DNA of 63,754 nt, filler included, from 4 parts of 4 records of this genome joined end to end with filler, not necessarily neighbours in it; one strand, 5' to 3'; shown: positions 43,123 to 54,030, numbered from the whole stretch's first letter. The notes: generated by a model from the letters alone, not told the origin. Translations and numbers: made by a program.

Positions 43123-44577
43123 ATGTTTGAAAGCCTAACGCAAAAACTCGCAGCACAATCTGATTTGCCTGCATTTTTGCGCAGTCAATTGATTGGTGAA
43201 AACGTAAATATTGAAGGACCATTTGGCCCGAAAAAACTGGTCTATGCCGACTATGTCGCCTCAGGCCGGGCGCTGCGTGTGATTGAGGATTTTGTGGCTG
43301 AAGAAGTGTTGCCCTTCTATGCCAATTCCCACACCCGCGCATCATATTGCGGGGAAAAAATGACCGCTATGCGCGAGGCGGGCAGGGCCGTGATTGCCAA
43401 GACCATCGGCGCAGGGCCAAATCACTCAGTCATTTTCACAGGCGCGGGCGCAACCGCTGCCGTGAACCGGTTGGTGAAATTGCTCGGTTTGGAAGAAGCG
43501 GTGAGGGCAGGGGAAGACCCAATCGTCTTTTTGGGGCCGTATGAACACCATTCTAACATTCTGCCGTGGGTCGAAACCGGGGCGAAAATCATCTATGTGC
43601 CAGAAGCTGCTGATGGCGGCTTGGATTTGGACTTTCTTGCAGAGCAGTTGGACCTTTATGCGGATCGCAGTCTGCGCATCGGTAGCTTTTCTGCGGCCTC
43701 CAACGTTACAGGCATCACAACCGACATCGTGGAAACCACGCGGCTGCTGAAATCAAAGGGCGCCTTAAGCTTTTGGGATTTTGCAGGCGGCGCACCCTAT
43801 TTGCCTGTGCATTTGGTACCAGAGGCAGGGTTGGAGATCGACGCGCTGTTCCTTTCTGCACACAAATTTGCTGGTGGCCCTGCGGCTTCAGGTATCTTGG
43901 CGATGAAGAATGACATTGTGCGGCGCAATGTACCTTCTTGGCCAGGTGGCGGCACAGTGACCTATGTGTCTGAATGGGATCGCGATTATGTCGAATCGAT
44001 CGAAGAACGCGAAGAAGCAGGCACACCAAACATTGTTGGCGATATCCGCGCAGCACTGTGCTTTTTGGTGAAAGAGGCAGTCGGTGCCGACTTTATGGCC
44101 AAACGGCAGGCGGAGCTGGTGCAAATGGCAATGACGCGCTGGCAAGCCAATCCCAACATTCATTTGCTGGGCAATCTTGAGGCGCACCGCATCCCAATTT
44201 TCTCGTTCATCGTGACTGATGATAAGGGGATGCCCGTGCCGCACAATTTCTTCACCCGTGCGCTCTCAGACCTTTATGGCATTCAAGCGCGTGGCGGCTG
44301 TGCGTGTGCCGGACCATACGGACATCATTTGCTAAACATTGATCAGCATCAATCTGAACGCGTGCGCAATCAGATAAAGCAAGGAGATGTGTTGGCAAAG
44401 CCCGGTTGGGTGCGGCTCAATTTCAGCTACCTTTTTGATGATCAAAAATCCCAATTCATCATTGATAAGGTTGACGAATTGGCCAATAGTGCGGGCACAT
44501 ATCTGGATCAATATAAGCTGGACCCGAAGTCAGGCATTTTTTGCCATCAGGCGGATCAGCTCAAAGCAGTCGGCTAG
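43123..44577 (+). CDS. Class V PLP enzyme (cysteine desulfurase-like)
   Basis: YADYVASG, EHHSN, SAHKF (PLP Lys), RGGCACAG. Confidence 0.88.
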   Translation: MFESLTQKLAAQSDLPAFLRSQLIGENVNIEGPFGPKKLVYADYVASGRALRVIEDFVAEEVLPFYANSHTRASYCGEKMTAMREAGRAVIAKTIGAGPNHSVIFTGAGATAAVNRLVKLLGLEEAVRAGEDPIVFLGPYEHHSNILPWVETGAKIIYVPEAADGGLDLDFLAEQLDLYADRSLRIGSFSAASNVTGITTDIVETTRLLKSKGALSFWDFAGGAPYLPVHLVPEAGLEIDALFLSAHKFAGGPAASGILAMKNDIVRRNVPSWPGGGTVTYVSEWDRDYVESIEEREEAGTPNIVGDIRAALCFLVKEAVGADFMAKRQAELVQMAMTRWQANPNIHLLGNLEAHRIPIFSFIVTDDKGMPVPHNFFTRALSDLYGIQARGGCACAGPYGHHLLNIDQHQSERVRNQIKQGDVLAKPGWVRLNFSYLFDDQKSQFIIDKVDELANSAGTYLDQYKLDPKSGIFCHQADQLKAVG

Positions 44578-44618
44578 CACCAAAATTATGATGCCGACTT
44601 CATGTTAAGGAGCGGCAT

Positions 44619-45269
44619 ATGGCGCAGGACAATATCGAAGCTTTGGTTCAATCTCGCAACGTTGAACTGTTTGACCCGAACTTTTCGGGCGACATTGACC
44701 CATATGAGCTGTTTGACCGCTGGTTAGAATTGGCTTGGGAAAAAGAACCAGACAACGCCAACGCCATGTCGCTCGCGACCGTGGATAAGGACGGACTGCC
44801 AAACATACGGATTGTGTTGTTGAAAGAACGCGAAGCCGACGGTTTCACATTCTATACCAACACAACAAGCGCCAAAGGCAATGAACTGGCTGACCATCCG
44901 CAGGCCGCGCTTGGGTTCTATTGGAAATCCCTCGCTTGGCAAGTGCGCGTGCGCGGCAAGGTGCAACCTGTCACCGCAGAACGCGCAGATGCCTATTACG
45001 CATCGCGGCCGCGTGGCTCGCAAATCGGTGCACATGCTTCGCATCAATCACAACCGCTCAGCTCACGGCAGGAACTGATCGACCGGGTGGAAGAACTGAA
45101 CCAAAAATATGAGGGGCAAGACGTGCCGCGCCCCAGCCATTGGTCTGGCTACACCGTGCTGCCAAGCGAAATTGAATTTTGGTGCGACGGTGAGTTTCGC
45201 CTGCACAACCGCGTGCGGTTTACCCGCAGCGCGGACGGCACATGGCAGCGCCAACGCTTGAACCCATAG
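44619..45269 (+). CDS. pdxH: Pyridoxamine 5'-phosphate oxidase
   Basis: RIVLLK, FYTN, SRP..SQIGA, EFW....RLH.R, RLNP. Confidence 0.95.
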   Translation: MAQDNIEALVQSRNVELFDPNFSGDIDPYELFDRWLELAWEKEPDNANAMSLATVDKDGLPNIRIVLLKEREADGFTFYTNTTSAKGNELADHPQAALGFYWKSLAWQVRVRGKVQPVTAERADAYYASRPRGSQIGAHASHQSQPLSSRQELIDRVEELNQKYEGQDVPRPSHWSGYTVLPSEIEFWCDGEFRLHNRVRFTRSADGTWQRQRLNP

Positions 45270-45282
45270 GCAAAACGCACCA

Positions 45283-46092
45283 GTGCGCATTTTCATCAAA
45301 ACTTCAGCTTGGGCAGTTTGGGCAGGGCGCTTAGCGCGCCTTGTGATTCCGATTTATATCGTTTCCATTGCTGCCCACCATATCGAGCTGATTGACGCCC
45401 CCGTTTTTGTGACCATGTTTGCTTTGGCCACTTTTTTGGGCGTTTCGGCATTGTTTGTCGGGATATTGGCTTTTGTGCGCCTGTGGTACACAGGTGACCA
45501 TGGCTGGGGCATGGCGAGTTGGGCAAATCTGATTGGCGTTGGGGCTACGGCAGTTTTGGCTTTGGCGATCCTTTTGGGCGCGCAATATCCATCAACCAAT
45601 CAAATCACCACCAACATCAACAATATACCTACACTGGGTGTCGCTTCGCTGGAAACACCAGAAAAGCGCGCCGAGCTTGAGCGTATGGCCAATGAAGTTG
45701 CGATCAGCTTTCCGACAGCGGTCACACGCGCTTACCCGTTGGGCGGTGATGAGATGTTGCCGCTGTTGGAGCGGCAAATCGCTGCCGCAGGGTGGGGCGG
45801 ACGCGTAACGCGCCAGTCGGCAACGGAAAGCGAAACCAATTATGCGGGCGATGTGAAAACCTGGTTGGGTTTTAAAGATCGCGTGGCCATCCGTGCCATA
45901 TACGATGAAAGCCAAACCGAAATTGATATGCGCTCAGCGTCATATTTCGGCGAGTCGGATCTTGGTGCAAATGGGCGGCGGGTTCAGTCTTTTCTAGCAG
46001 ATTTGGACGCTGCTGTGCGTCAGAAGCTCTTGGCCCTTAGTCGCCAAGCGCCAGTAGCCGAAGAGGCCATTTCAGAGGATGAAGAAGGCTAA
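45283..46092 (+). CDS. DUF1499 domain membrane protein
   Basis: Three N-terminal TM helices; GFKD and DMRSAS..G.SDLGAN..R motifs. Confidence 0.8.
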   Translation: MRIFIKTSAWAVWAGRLARLVIPIYIVSIAAHHIELIDAPVFVTMFALATFLGVSALFVGILAFVRLWYTGDHGWGMASWANLIGVGATAVLALAILLGAQYPSTNQITTNINNIPTLGVASLETPEKRAELERMANEVAISFPTAVTRAYPLGGDEMLPLLERQIAAAGWGGRVTRQSATESETNYAGDVKTWLGFKDRVAIRAIYDESQTEIDMRSASYFGESDLGANGRRVQSFLADLDAAVRQKLLALSRQAPVAEEAISEDEEG

Positions 46093-46101
46093 GGCTTTCT
46101 G

Positions 46102-47028
46102 CTAGACCGCGATGAAGGTCGGCTGACGCAGCAAGCGTCGTTGCTTCTTCAACGCGCCCTGTTCTGCGAGATAATGCAAATGTGCTTTCACTGTCAGCAG
46201 GGCAGCGCCTCTAACAGCCATAGACACATCTGGATACATTTTGTCGGTCAATTGCCACGCGGTAAGTGGGCCATGCTTCGCCAACAGATCAAGAATTTGC
46301 TTGTTGCGCTGCAAACGATGACCTTTCAGCGCTCTGGCATAGGATTTACCTTGCACAATCCGGTCGCCATGTGCAGGCAAATAGATTTGGCCCGGGCAAG
46401 ACAAAATCAAATCCATCGAATCAAGGTAAGGACCGAGCGCGCCATCAGGATCGGCAATAAGGGTGGAGTTCCACCCCATAATATGATCGCCGGTTAAAAT
46501 GTGGGCGCGGTCTGAAAGCGCGAAGCACACATGATTGGCGCAATGACCCGGCGTTTCAATCACTTCGATCTGCACCGCACCGAAAGAGAGAATGTCCCCC
46601 TGTCGCAAGGTACGGTCAGGCTTAAGGCCGTAATGACCTGAGCGCTTCATAGGATCAATCTCAAACGGCCGTAAACTGCGGGCAGGGCGGTGCGGGCCGC
46701 CAAACATAAGCGGCACGCCATATTTTTCGGCAAGCTTAGGCGCCACTGCCGAATGATCGCGGTGCGTGTGCGTCAACAAAATTGCGCTGACCTTGCGGCC
46801 ATTAATGGCACGGTCCAAGGCATTGATGTGCACTTGCACGTCTGGTCCTGGATCGATGATGGCCAGCTCATCCTGCCCCACCAAAAAGCAGTTGGTGCCA
46901 GTAAAAGTATATGGCGATGCATTCGGCGCGACGATTCGCTCCACAAAGGGCGCAACACATTCCGCTTCGCCAATTTCAGGGGCAAAGTCGGTTTGATAGG
47001 TCGGCGCTGTTTGATGCTGCAAAGTCAT
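46102..47028 (-). CDS. MBL-fold metallo-hydrolase with C-terminal winged helix
   Basis: THTHRDH, TPGH, GDH, PAHG motifs. Confidence 0.9.
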   Translation of the reverse strand: MTLQHQTAPTYQTDFAPEIGEAECVAPFVERIVAPNASPYTFTGTNCFLVGQDELAIIDPGPDVQVHINALDRAINGRKVSAILLTHTHRDHSAVAPKLAEKYGVPLMFGGPHRPARSLRPFEIDPMKRSGHYGLKPDRTLRQGDILSFGAVQIEVIETPGHCANHVCFALSDRAHILTGDHIMGWNSTLIADPDGALGPYLDSMDLILSCPGQIYLPAHGDRIVQGKSYARALKGHRLQRNKQILDLLAKHGPLTAWQLTDKMYPDVSMAVRGAALLTVKAHLHYLAEQGALKKQRRLLRQPTFIAV

Positions 47029-47267
47029 AATCGCCTTAGGGCTAATGGGTGTGCTGAGAAAGCCCGAAATGTAGGGGCAAAACACAAGCACCGCAACAAT
47101 ATGCATTTTAATCAAATTGTGTGTGAACTGTGTAGACCTGATTGAGATTTGGCAAAAATGAAGCGGGCCGACAGAGTTGATAGGCCAAATTTCCACTCTT
47201 TGACGAAGCGAATGGGACGCTAAATACAAGTTTGTGCAAAAAGTTTGAAAAAGGTGGTTTTCAAAGG

Positions 47268-47296
47268 TTGCACATCGAAAATAAAACGCGTATAGA
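47268..47296 (+). promoter_or_regulatory. Sigma70 promoter of tRNA-Gln
   Basis: TTGCAC-N17-TATAGA, 35 nt upstream of the tRNA. Confidence 0.65.
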
Positions 47297-47331
47297 CCGT
47301 CACCGTTCAGTCATATTTTTGACGAACATGC

Positions 47332-47406
<75 letters not shown>

Positions 47407-47525
47407 TAATCTTCCTAATTTCCCGCACATTTATCCTATTAGCGAAATGGCGCATTGGTGCGTTTGAACGCATGTGTTATTGATCGCCTAAAAAGCGGCG
47501 CTGCCGCAACAATAGGGGATCAAAT

Positions 47526-48551
47526 ATGCAGCAAACGGCTAATCCAGTACTTGTTGAATTCACGCGCGGCAATTGGGTGGAAAATCGTCACCGTGCCGCA
47601 TTTTGCATTGCCGATTCGAGCGGACGAATCGTGGCCAGCGCTGGCGATATTGATCACCCCATTTTTCCACGCTCAGCGATTAAATCATTGCAAGCTTTGG
47701 CTCTGTTTGAAAGCGGCGCAGCGGAAAAATTTGATCTTGATGATCGTGACTTGGCGCTAGCCTGTGCCTCGCACAAAGGCGAGCCTGTGCATGTGGAAGG
47801 TGTTTTGCGCTTTCTCGACAAAATCGGCATGAGTGCTGACGACTTGGAATGCGGTGCCCATGTGCCCTCTGATGCGGTGGCCCGCAACGCCTTACGTGAA
47901 AAAGGTGAAGAGCCGAGTGCATTGCACAATAACTGCTCTGGCAAGCACACAGGCATGTTGGCCGTGGCCAAAGCGCTGGGCGTTGATCCCAAAGGTTACA
48001 TCGAGCAGGATCATGCGGTTCAAAAGCTTGTACGTGCCTGCGTAGAGCGCGCTGTGGGCGATACAATGAGCACAGACCGTTGTGGCCGCGATGGCTGTTC
48101 TATCCCCACCTGGGCGTCACCACTCCGTGGTTTTGCCGTTGGGTTCGCGAAGCTAAGCGATCCGAACTCAGATTTGCCAGACCTTTATAAAACAGCTGGC
48201 CAGCGCCTTTTCGACGCATGTGCGCAAAATGCGATGTTGGTGGCGGGCACAGATCGTATCGACACAAATGCGATGGATGCGTTTAAAGGCCAGTTGATGA
48301 TGAAGGTGGGCGCAGATGGCGTGTTCTGCGGCGCACTACGCGGCAGCCACCTTGGCTTTGCCCTCAAAGTGGATGACGGCTCTGTGCCTGCTGCTGAAGC
48401 GATTGTTGCAGGCTTGGTGGCACGTTTGGCCGATGCATCTGAAGAGCAAAAGAAATTGCTGGCGCAATGGTCGCACAAATCCACGAAAAACTGGCGCGGC
48501 TTTGAAGTGGGCACAGCACATCTAAGCGGTGAATTTGCCTCGTTCTTCTAA
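47526..48551 (+). CDS. L-asparaginase II (Rhizobium-type)
   Basis: RSAIK, CASH, HNNCSGKH, DGC motifs. Confidence 0.9.
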   Translation: MQQTANPVLVEFTRGNWVENRHRAAFCIADSSGRIVASAGDIDHPIFPRSAIKSLQALALFESGAAEKFDLDDRDLALACASHKGEPVHVEGVLRFLDKIGMSADDLECGAHVPSDAVARNALREKGEEPSALHNNCSGKHTGMLAVAKALGVDPKGYIEQDHAVQKLVRACVERAVGDTMSTDRCGRDGCSIPTWASPLRGFAVGFAKLSDPNSDLPDLYKTAGQRLFDACAQNAMLVAGTDRIDTNAMDAFKGQLMMKVGADGVFCGALRGSHLGFALKVDDGSVPAAEAIVAGLVARLADASEEQKKLLAQWSHKSTKNWRGFEVGTAHLSGEFASFF

Positions 48552-48563
48552 GAAGTTATGCGT

Positions 48564-49907
48564 TTAGCCAACAACATTGTTGGACACATAAATATGGTCT
48601 GGCGCGCGCTGCGTCAGATCATCAAAGGCAATATCTTGCCACTTGCTGCCCACAAGCGGTTGCTCGCATTCAAACAATGAATTGCCCGTAATGTTGATCG
48701 GCCCGTCACCTTCAACGGCAGAAGCGGCAACACCATATTTGCATTTGCGCACCAAATTGCCGTTGGCCAGCAAATTACGGTGATAAGGCCCCCAGCCGAG
48801 CAACATACCAGCACCGGGCACATTTTCCACCACATTGCCTGTGATGTTGCAATCTGCCTCCGCAGCGATGCCGAGCGGGATCGTGTCCGGATTGTTCGGG
48901 CTCTTCTCCCAAATATTGCGCACAATATTGTTGGAACATACGGCGAGATAGCCACCATCATTATAGTTGGTGATTGAGATGCCAGTGGCAGCCTCATCAA
49001 TCAGATTATTGCTGATCAGTGAGCCGGAAAACCCAAATTCGGAAAAAATGGCGACTTCGCCCAGCCGCTGGCAATTATTGCCAAGAATTTGGGTGTTGCG
49101 GGTACCATTGGCACGCACAGCGGTGAAGCCGCAATCGCTGATCACATTATTGGCCACAATCACATTTTGGGCGCGAAACACATTGATGCCATTGCCATTT
49201 TGCCCATTGCCGCCGCTGCGCCATTCAATATTTTGAATTTGGTTGTTGGCAACAATCGTCCCATCAAAACCCGGTTCATCGCGCCAGATCAAAATGCCAT
49301 TATTGCCACAGCCTTTGATGATATTTCCGCGCACTTGCGACTGCACGCCATTATTAAGAAAAATCGCGGCACTGCCCATCTGCTCGAAGCGGTTGCTGTT
49401 GATCTGCACCTGCGCGTCATAGCCCCAAACGCCATGCTTAGCGCTGGCAAAGAAGCCACATTCCTCAATGTTCACATTGCGCACGGACTGCATGTAAAGA
49501 ATGGCGTCTGCCGCCAAATCTTGCGCCCCGACCACATCAAACTGCTCAAGTGCAATATTTTGCGCTCCGATCAGTGAAAAGACGGGCTTGTCGGTCATCT
49601 GCACCAATTTTGTCGCGCTGCCCGCGCCAATAATTTGGGTGCCAGAGGGAAGGGCGACGTTGGAAATCTGATAGCTGCCAGCAGGCAAAAACAGTTTTTG
49701 CTTGGCGCTATTAGCGGCATTCACTGCCGTGTTCAGTGCCTCAGCCTGATCATAAGGTGCACCGGGCGTGAGGCCGAAATTACGACCATCCAAAAGAGCG
49801 CCGCTGACTGGGCTTTGCGCAAATGCAGTTGCTGACAGACCAGCCAAACTGGCTCCGCCCAAAATAGATGCACCACTTGATAGTAAAAAGCGACGCCGGT
49901 TCAACAT
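48564..49907 (-). CDS. Tat-exported beta-helix repeat protein (TIGR03808-like)
   Basis: NRRRFL twin-arginine signal; GGNGQNGNGINVFRA; Asn-rich beta-helix repeats. Confidence 0.8.
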   Translation of the reverse strand: MLNRRRFLLSSGASILGGASLAGLSATAFAQSPVSGALLDGRNFGLTPGAPYDQAEALNTAVNAANSAKQKLFLPAGSYQISNVALPSGTQIIGAGSATKLVQMTDKPVFSLIGAQNIALEQFDVVGAQDLAADAILYMQSVRNVNIEECGFFASAKHGVWGYDAQVQINSNRFEQMGSAAIFLNNGVQSQVRGNIIKGCGNNGILIWRDEPGFDGTIVANNQIQNIEWRSGGNGQNGNGINVFRAQNVIVANNVISDCGFTAVRANGTRNTQILGNNCQRLGEVAIFSEFGFSGSLISNNLIDEAATGISITNYNDGGYLAVCSNNIVRNIWEKSPNNPDTIPLGIAAEADCNITGNVVENVPGAGMLLGWGPYHRNLLANGNLVRKCKYGVAASAVEGDGPINITGNSLFECEQPLVGSKWQDIAFDDLTQRAPDHIYVSNNVVG

Positions 49908-50015
49908 GCATTCCTCCCCGATCAATACGCCTATTGAGCGCGATCTTGCCGGGAAATGCAAGCCATGCACTGGGTTACTGGTTAACTTATGCCGAGATAA
50001 TTCTAGGCGTGTGCC

Positions 50016-50342
50016 CTAGGTTTTGCGCAACTTCACTGCGGTGCCGGAGCAGGTGACCATCAACATCGCACCGCGCGAGCCAACTGTTTCGTAATCCAAA
50101 TCCACACCGATCACCGCATCTGCGCCGATGGCGCGTGCGCGATCACACATTTCTTCCAGAGCGGCTTTGCGCGACTTGCTAAGAGTTTCCTCATAAGCGC
50201 CGGAGCGGCCGCCAATATAGTCGGTGACGGTGGCCATCAAATCGCGAATGAAATTGGCACCCAAAATGGTTTCGCCCATCACGATGCCCATATATTCGGT
50301 GATCTCAAAGCCGTCTAATGTGTCGGTTGTGGTTGTTAGCAT
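50016..50342 (-). CDS. YbjQ (UPF0145) family protein
   Basis: GAN..RD......[22 protein letters not shown]. Confidence 0.92.
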   Translation of the reverse strand: MLTTTTDTLDGFEITEYMGIVMGETILGANFIRDLMATVTDYIGGRSGAYEETLSKSRKAALEEMCDRARAIGADAVIGVDLDYETVGSRGAMLMVTCSGTAVKLRKT

Positions 50343-50521
50343 GTACCAGCCCCCAAAAATTCATCTGCACGACAAATGGGGCAAGCCTGCCACAATTTCA
50401 AGTCAGTCCCGACGAAAGCCCCATCGGTTGGGCATATTTGTCAAAAAAATCAATGGTCCTATTGAGATTTCAGTGTTGCGCGGCTTATATGGATACTCAA
50501 ATTTTTGGAAGGGCATATTGG

Positions 50522-52054
50522 ATGTTTGTTGACGGCAAGGTCTATCTTGGCACTAGCACCCAAGCTGAATATCTTGATCTTAAACTGGCCAACCGCCACG
50601 GCCTGATCACCGGCGCAACCGGCACAGGCAAAACCGTTAGCCTCCAAATCATGGCCGAAGGGTTCTCACGCGCAGGCGTGCCCGTGTTTTGTGCGGACGT
50701 GAAAGGCGATCTTTCCGGCATCGCGGTGAGCGGAGAAAGCAAAGACTTTCTGGAAGAACGCGCCCAAAATATCGGTTTTGATGATTACGTCTATGAAGCC
50801 TTCCCAACCATTTTCTGGGATTTGTTCGGCCGTCAGGGCCATCCAATCCGCGCAACCATTTCTGATATGGGACCGCTATTGCTGGCACGCTTGCTGGACC
50901 TGACCGAGGTACAGGAAGGTGTGCTCAACATCGCGTTCGCTTACGCAGATGATGAAGGGCTTTTGCTGCTCGATCTGAAAGATCTACGGGCGATCTTGGC
51001 CAATATTGATGAGAATGACGATGTGATCTCGCGGCGATATGGCCGGGTTTCACGCTCATCCATCGGGGCCATCCAACGGTCTTTGTTGGTGTTGGAACAG
51101 CAAGGGGCAGAGCATTTCTTTGGCGAACGGGCGCTGGATATTCGCGACCTGATGCGTACCGACAAAGATGGACGCGGCATTGTGAGCGTTTTGGCTGCAG
51201 ATGAGCTGATGCAATCGCCGCGCCTTTACGCGACATTCCTTCTGTGGCTGCTGTCCGAATTGTTTGAAGAGCTGCCCGAGGTGGGCAACCCGGATAAGCC
51301 ACATTTGGTGTTCTTTTTTGATGAAGCGCATTTGCTGTTTGATGACGCGCCAGACGCCTTGATGGACAAGGTGGAGCAGGTGGTCAAGCTTGTGCGTTCA
51401 AAAGGGGTGGGCGTTTATTTCGTCACGCAAAACCCTTTGGACATTCCTGACCCGGTGTTGGCGCAATTGGGCAACCGCGTGCAACATGCGCTGCGGGCCT
51501 ATACCCCGCGGGAGCAACGCGCAGTTAAAACGGCAGCAGATACATTCCGCCCGAACCCGGATTTCAACACAGCAGATGTGATCACCCAATTGGGCGTGGG
51601 CGAAGCCCTAGTCTCAACGCTGGAGAAAAAGGGTGTGCCCTCAATTGTTGGCCGCACCATGATGCGTCCGCCATCATCGCGCTTGGGGCCAATTTTGCCG
51701 GAAGAGCGTGCCGTGATCATCAAGCAAAGTCCGGTTGCCTCGCTTTACGCGGAAACGCTGGACCGAGATTCTGCATATGAAGAATTACAGCGCCGTGCTG
51801 AAGCCAAATTGCGTGAAGAAGAACTGCAACTTGAGCGGGAAAAGCAGGACGATTTTGGCGATCTGTGGGAAACGCGCACAGGCTATCGCGATAAATACCG
51901 CGATGACCGGCCTAAAACTCAACGTAAAACCCGCCGTTCAACCCGGCAAACGCCTACTGAGGCTGCGGTGAAAACTTTTGCCCGCACAGTGGCGCGACAG
52001 TTGGGAAACCAACTTGTTCGTGGTATCTTGGGTTCACTGAAGCGGGGACGGTAG
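50522..52054 (+). CDS. HerA-like ATPase (DUF853/YjgR)
   Basis: [36 protein letters not shown]. Confidence 0.9.
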   Translation: MFVDGKVYLGTSTQAEYLDLKLANRHGLITGATGTGKTVSLQIMAEGFSRAGVPVFCADVKGDLSGIAVSGESKDFLEERAQNIGFDDYVYEAFPTIFWDLFGRQGHPIRATISDMGPLLLARLLDLTEVQEGVLNIAFAYADDEGLLLLDLKDLRAILANIDENDDVISRRYGRVSRSSIGAIQRSLLVLEQQGAEHFFGERALDIRDLMRTDKDGRGIVSVLAADELMQSPRLYATFLLWLLSELFEELPEVGNPDKPHLVFFFDEAHLLFDDAPDALMDKVEQVVKLVRSKGVGVYFVTQNPLDIPDPVLAQLGNRVQHALRAYTPREQRAVKTAADTFRPNPDFNTADVITQLGVGEALVSTLEKKGVPSIVGRTMMRPPSSRLGPILPEERAVIIKQSPVASLYAETLDRDSAYEELQRRAEAKLREEELQLEREKQDDFGDLWETRTGYRDKYRDDRPKTQRKTRRSTRQTPTEAAVKTFARTVARQLGNQLVRGILGSLKRGR

Positions 52055-52055
52055 A

Positions 52056-52601
52056 ATGAAGGGCAAGAAGCCAATTAAAACCGCAGGATTTTTGGTGCCA
52101 GCCGGACGGGCAGAACACCAAAAACAAATCACCACCGCCCATAATATGGGTGAGTTTCTTGCTCAAAAAAATGTCGATATTTGTTGCGGCATGCCCACAG
52201 GTGAAGTGGCATCTGCGTTTGCCTCTGGCGCGCTGACCAAGGGCGGCCGTGTGATCATCTATCACCAACAAAATACGCCAAGTGTGAAGCTGCCTGAAGG
52301 CGGCGAAATCATTGAGATTGACGGCTCACCCATGAAACCCGTCGCTGAATCGGTTTCCCATTTCTGGGTTTTGCCATGTGGCGTGAAAGATCTGGGCCGC
52401 TATTTGGAAACGTGGCTGGCGTCAGCTTGTCGACCACTTGTTTGCTTGTCCAAAAATGACGAGTTCTTGTTGCTGCGCGGCTTTGTTGAAGAAATCGTCG
52501 CGGTCGATCGGCCAGACGCATTGGAAAAAATCATCTTCGCCAAAACGGTAGAAGAAGGTTGGGACCGCGTTGCCAATCTGCTCTCAGAGCAAGTCCGCTA
52601 A
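52056..52601 (+). CDS. Degenerate LOG/SLOG-fold protein
   Basis: N-terminal G.FLA....I..G...A.GAL..GGRV pattern resembles LOG; PGGxGT motif altered. Confidence 0.45.
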   Translation: MKGKKPIKTAGFLVPAGRAEHQKQITTAHNMGEFLAQKNVDICCGMPTGEVASAFASGALTKGGRVIIYHQQNTPSVKLPEGGEIIEIDGSPMKPVAESVSHFWVLPCGVKDLGRYLETWLASACRPLVCLSKNDEFLLLRGFVEEIVAVDRPDALEKIIFAKTVEEGWDRVANLLSEQVR

Positions 52602-52631
52602 TCATTGCATTTTAGGTGAAAGGGAAGCCGC

Positions 52632-53195
52632 TTAGTGCGGTTTGTCGGCGAGGCCCATCATTTTGGCGCGATAGGCGGCAAACTCGATCACATTGTCATG
52701 CTGGCTGGCCACATCATTGTTGAGCGGGCGCCGTAAATTTTCATTTTGGTTTGTTTCTTCACGCCAGTCTCGGCTAGAGGCGGCAGAAGTGGGGATGCGC
52801 ACAAATTGCCCATCAGCGCCCAACCGTGCGCTCACGCGCTCTTTGATATAGGCGGGCGACATGGGTTTGACGATAATTTCATCAATGCCTGCATTCACCA
52901 CACTGGCCTGCAATTCCCGATCAATATTTTTGATCATGGTGATGGTCTGCAACGCCTCAATATCAATATTAGGATTAGAGCGCAGACTGTTCAGCACATC
53001 CGGCGCTGAGCGGTCGGCAAGCTGATAATCAAGGATCAACAGGTCGAGCGGGGCAATATCGGCATAGCGAAGCAAATGCGCAGCGCTGGAAAATTCACGC
53101 AGCCGCAAACCCGTAATGTCGCGCAACACCATGGCGAGAATCGAGCTGAGCGCCGAATTTTGCGTAAGAATCCCAACTACTTTGGTTTGAAACAA
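52632..53195 (-). CDS. Response regulator receiver-domain protein
   Basis: DLLILDY phosphoacceptor region and IVKP; no recognisable output domain. Confidence 0.8.
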   Translation of the reverse strand: MFQTKVVGILTQNSALSSILAMVLRDITGLRLREFSSAAHLLRYADIAPLDLLILDYQLADRSAPDVLNSLRSNPNIDIEALQTITMIKNIDRELQASVVNAGIDEIIVKPMSPAYIKERVSARLGADGQFVRIPTSAASSRDWREETNQNENLRRPLNNDVASQHDNVIEFAAYRAKMMGLADKPH

Positions 53196-53211
53196 ATCAC
53201 CTCTCCCATGG

Positions 53212-53227
53212 TTAAAGAATGGTTAAC
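53212..53227. promoter_or_regulatory. CtrA-box-like site
   Basis: TTAA-AGAATGG-TTAAC equals TTAA-N7-TTAAC, immediately upstream of the receiver gene. Confidence 0.7.
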
Positions 53228-53275
53228 ACTTAGGAGGGGGCGTTGCCTAGAGATTCGTTTGTTTTTTCACAGCAC

Positions 53276-53310
53276 AAAAAAACTCGCCAAACCCAAGGGC
53301 TTGGCGAGTT
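53276..53310 (-). terminator. Intrinsic terminator of the superoxide dismutase gene
   Basis: AACTCGCCAA...TTGGCGAGTT with adjacent A-run. Confidence 0.75.
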
Positions 53311-53337
53311 GATCATCAAAACAATCTGTTAGATTGC

Positions 53338-53934
53338 TTATTTCGCAGCTTCGTAAAGCTCCGCAACATATTCCCAGTTTACCAATGAGTCGAAGAATGC
53401 TTCGAGATATTTTGGACGGGCATTGCGGTAATCGATGTAATAAGAATGTTCCCAAACGTCACAGCCCAACAATGGTGTTTCGCCATGTACCAATGGGTTT
53501 TCGCCGTTAGGTGTTTTGGTGACGGCCAACTTGCCGTCTTTCATCACAAGCCATGCCCAGCCTGAGCCAAACTGAGTTGCACCAGCGTTCAAAAACGCCT
53601 CACGGAACTCATCAACTGAGCCCAAGTCAGACTTGATTTGAGCTTCCAAATCACCAGGAATAGAACCACCGCCATTTGGCTTCATCCATTTCCAGAAATG
53701 GATGTGGTTGTAGTGCTGTGCCGCATTGTTAAACAAACCAGCATTTTTGCCGAAGCTTTCGCGCACAACATCTTCCAATGACTTGCCTTCAAGGCCAGAG
53801 CCTTCAAGCAATTTGTTGCCATTGGTCACGTAAGCTTGGTGGTGCTTATCGTGGTGATATTCAAGCGTTTCAGCTGACATATATGGGTTCAATGCATCAT
53901 ATGCATAGGGGAGTTCTGGCAATTCAAAAGACAT
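53338..53934 (-). CDS. sodB: Fe/Mn superoxide dismutase (probably Fe)
   Basis: HHDKHH, NAAQHYNH, FGSGWAW, DVWEHSYY. Confidence 0.9.
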   Translation of the reverse strand: MSFELPELPYAYDALNPYMSAETLEYHHDKHHQAYVTNGNKLLEGSGLEGKSLEDVVRESFGKNAGLFNNAAQHYNHIHFWKWMKPNGGGSIPGDLEAQIKSDLGSVDEFREAFLNAGATQFGSGWAWLVMKDGKLAVTKTPNGENPLVHGETPLLGCDVWEHSYYIDYRNARPKYLEAFFDSLVNWEYVAELYEAAK

Positions 53935-54030
53935 GATCGGCCTCCAATTTTGTTCGTTTGTCTCAAGGTGATAACACTTATAATCGGTTCTTTGTTCCGC
54001 AACAAGAGTTATGGAAAGAAAAAACTTTCT

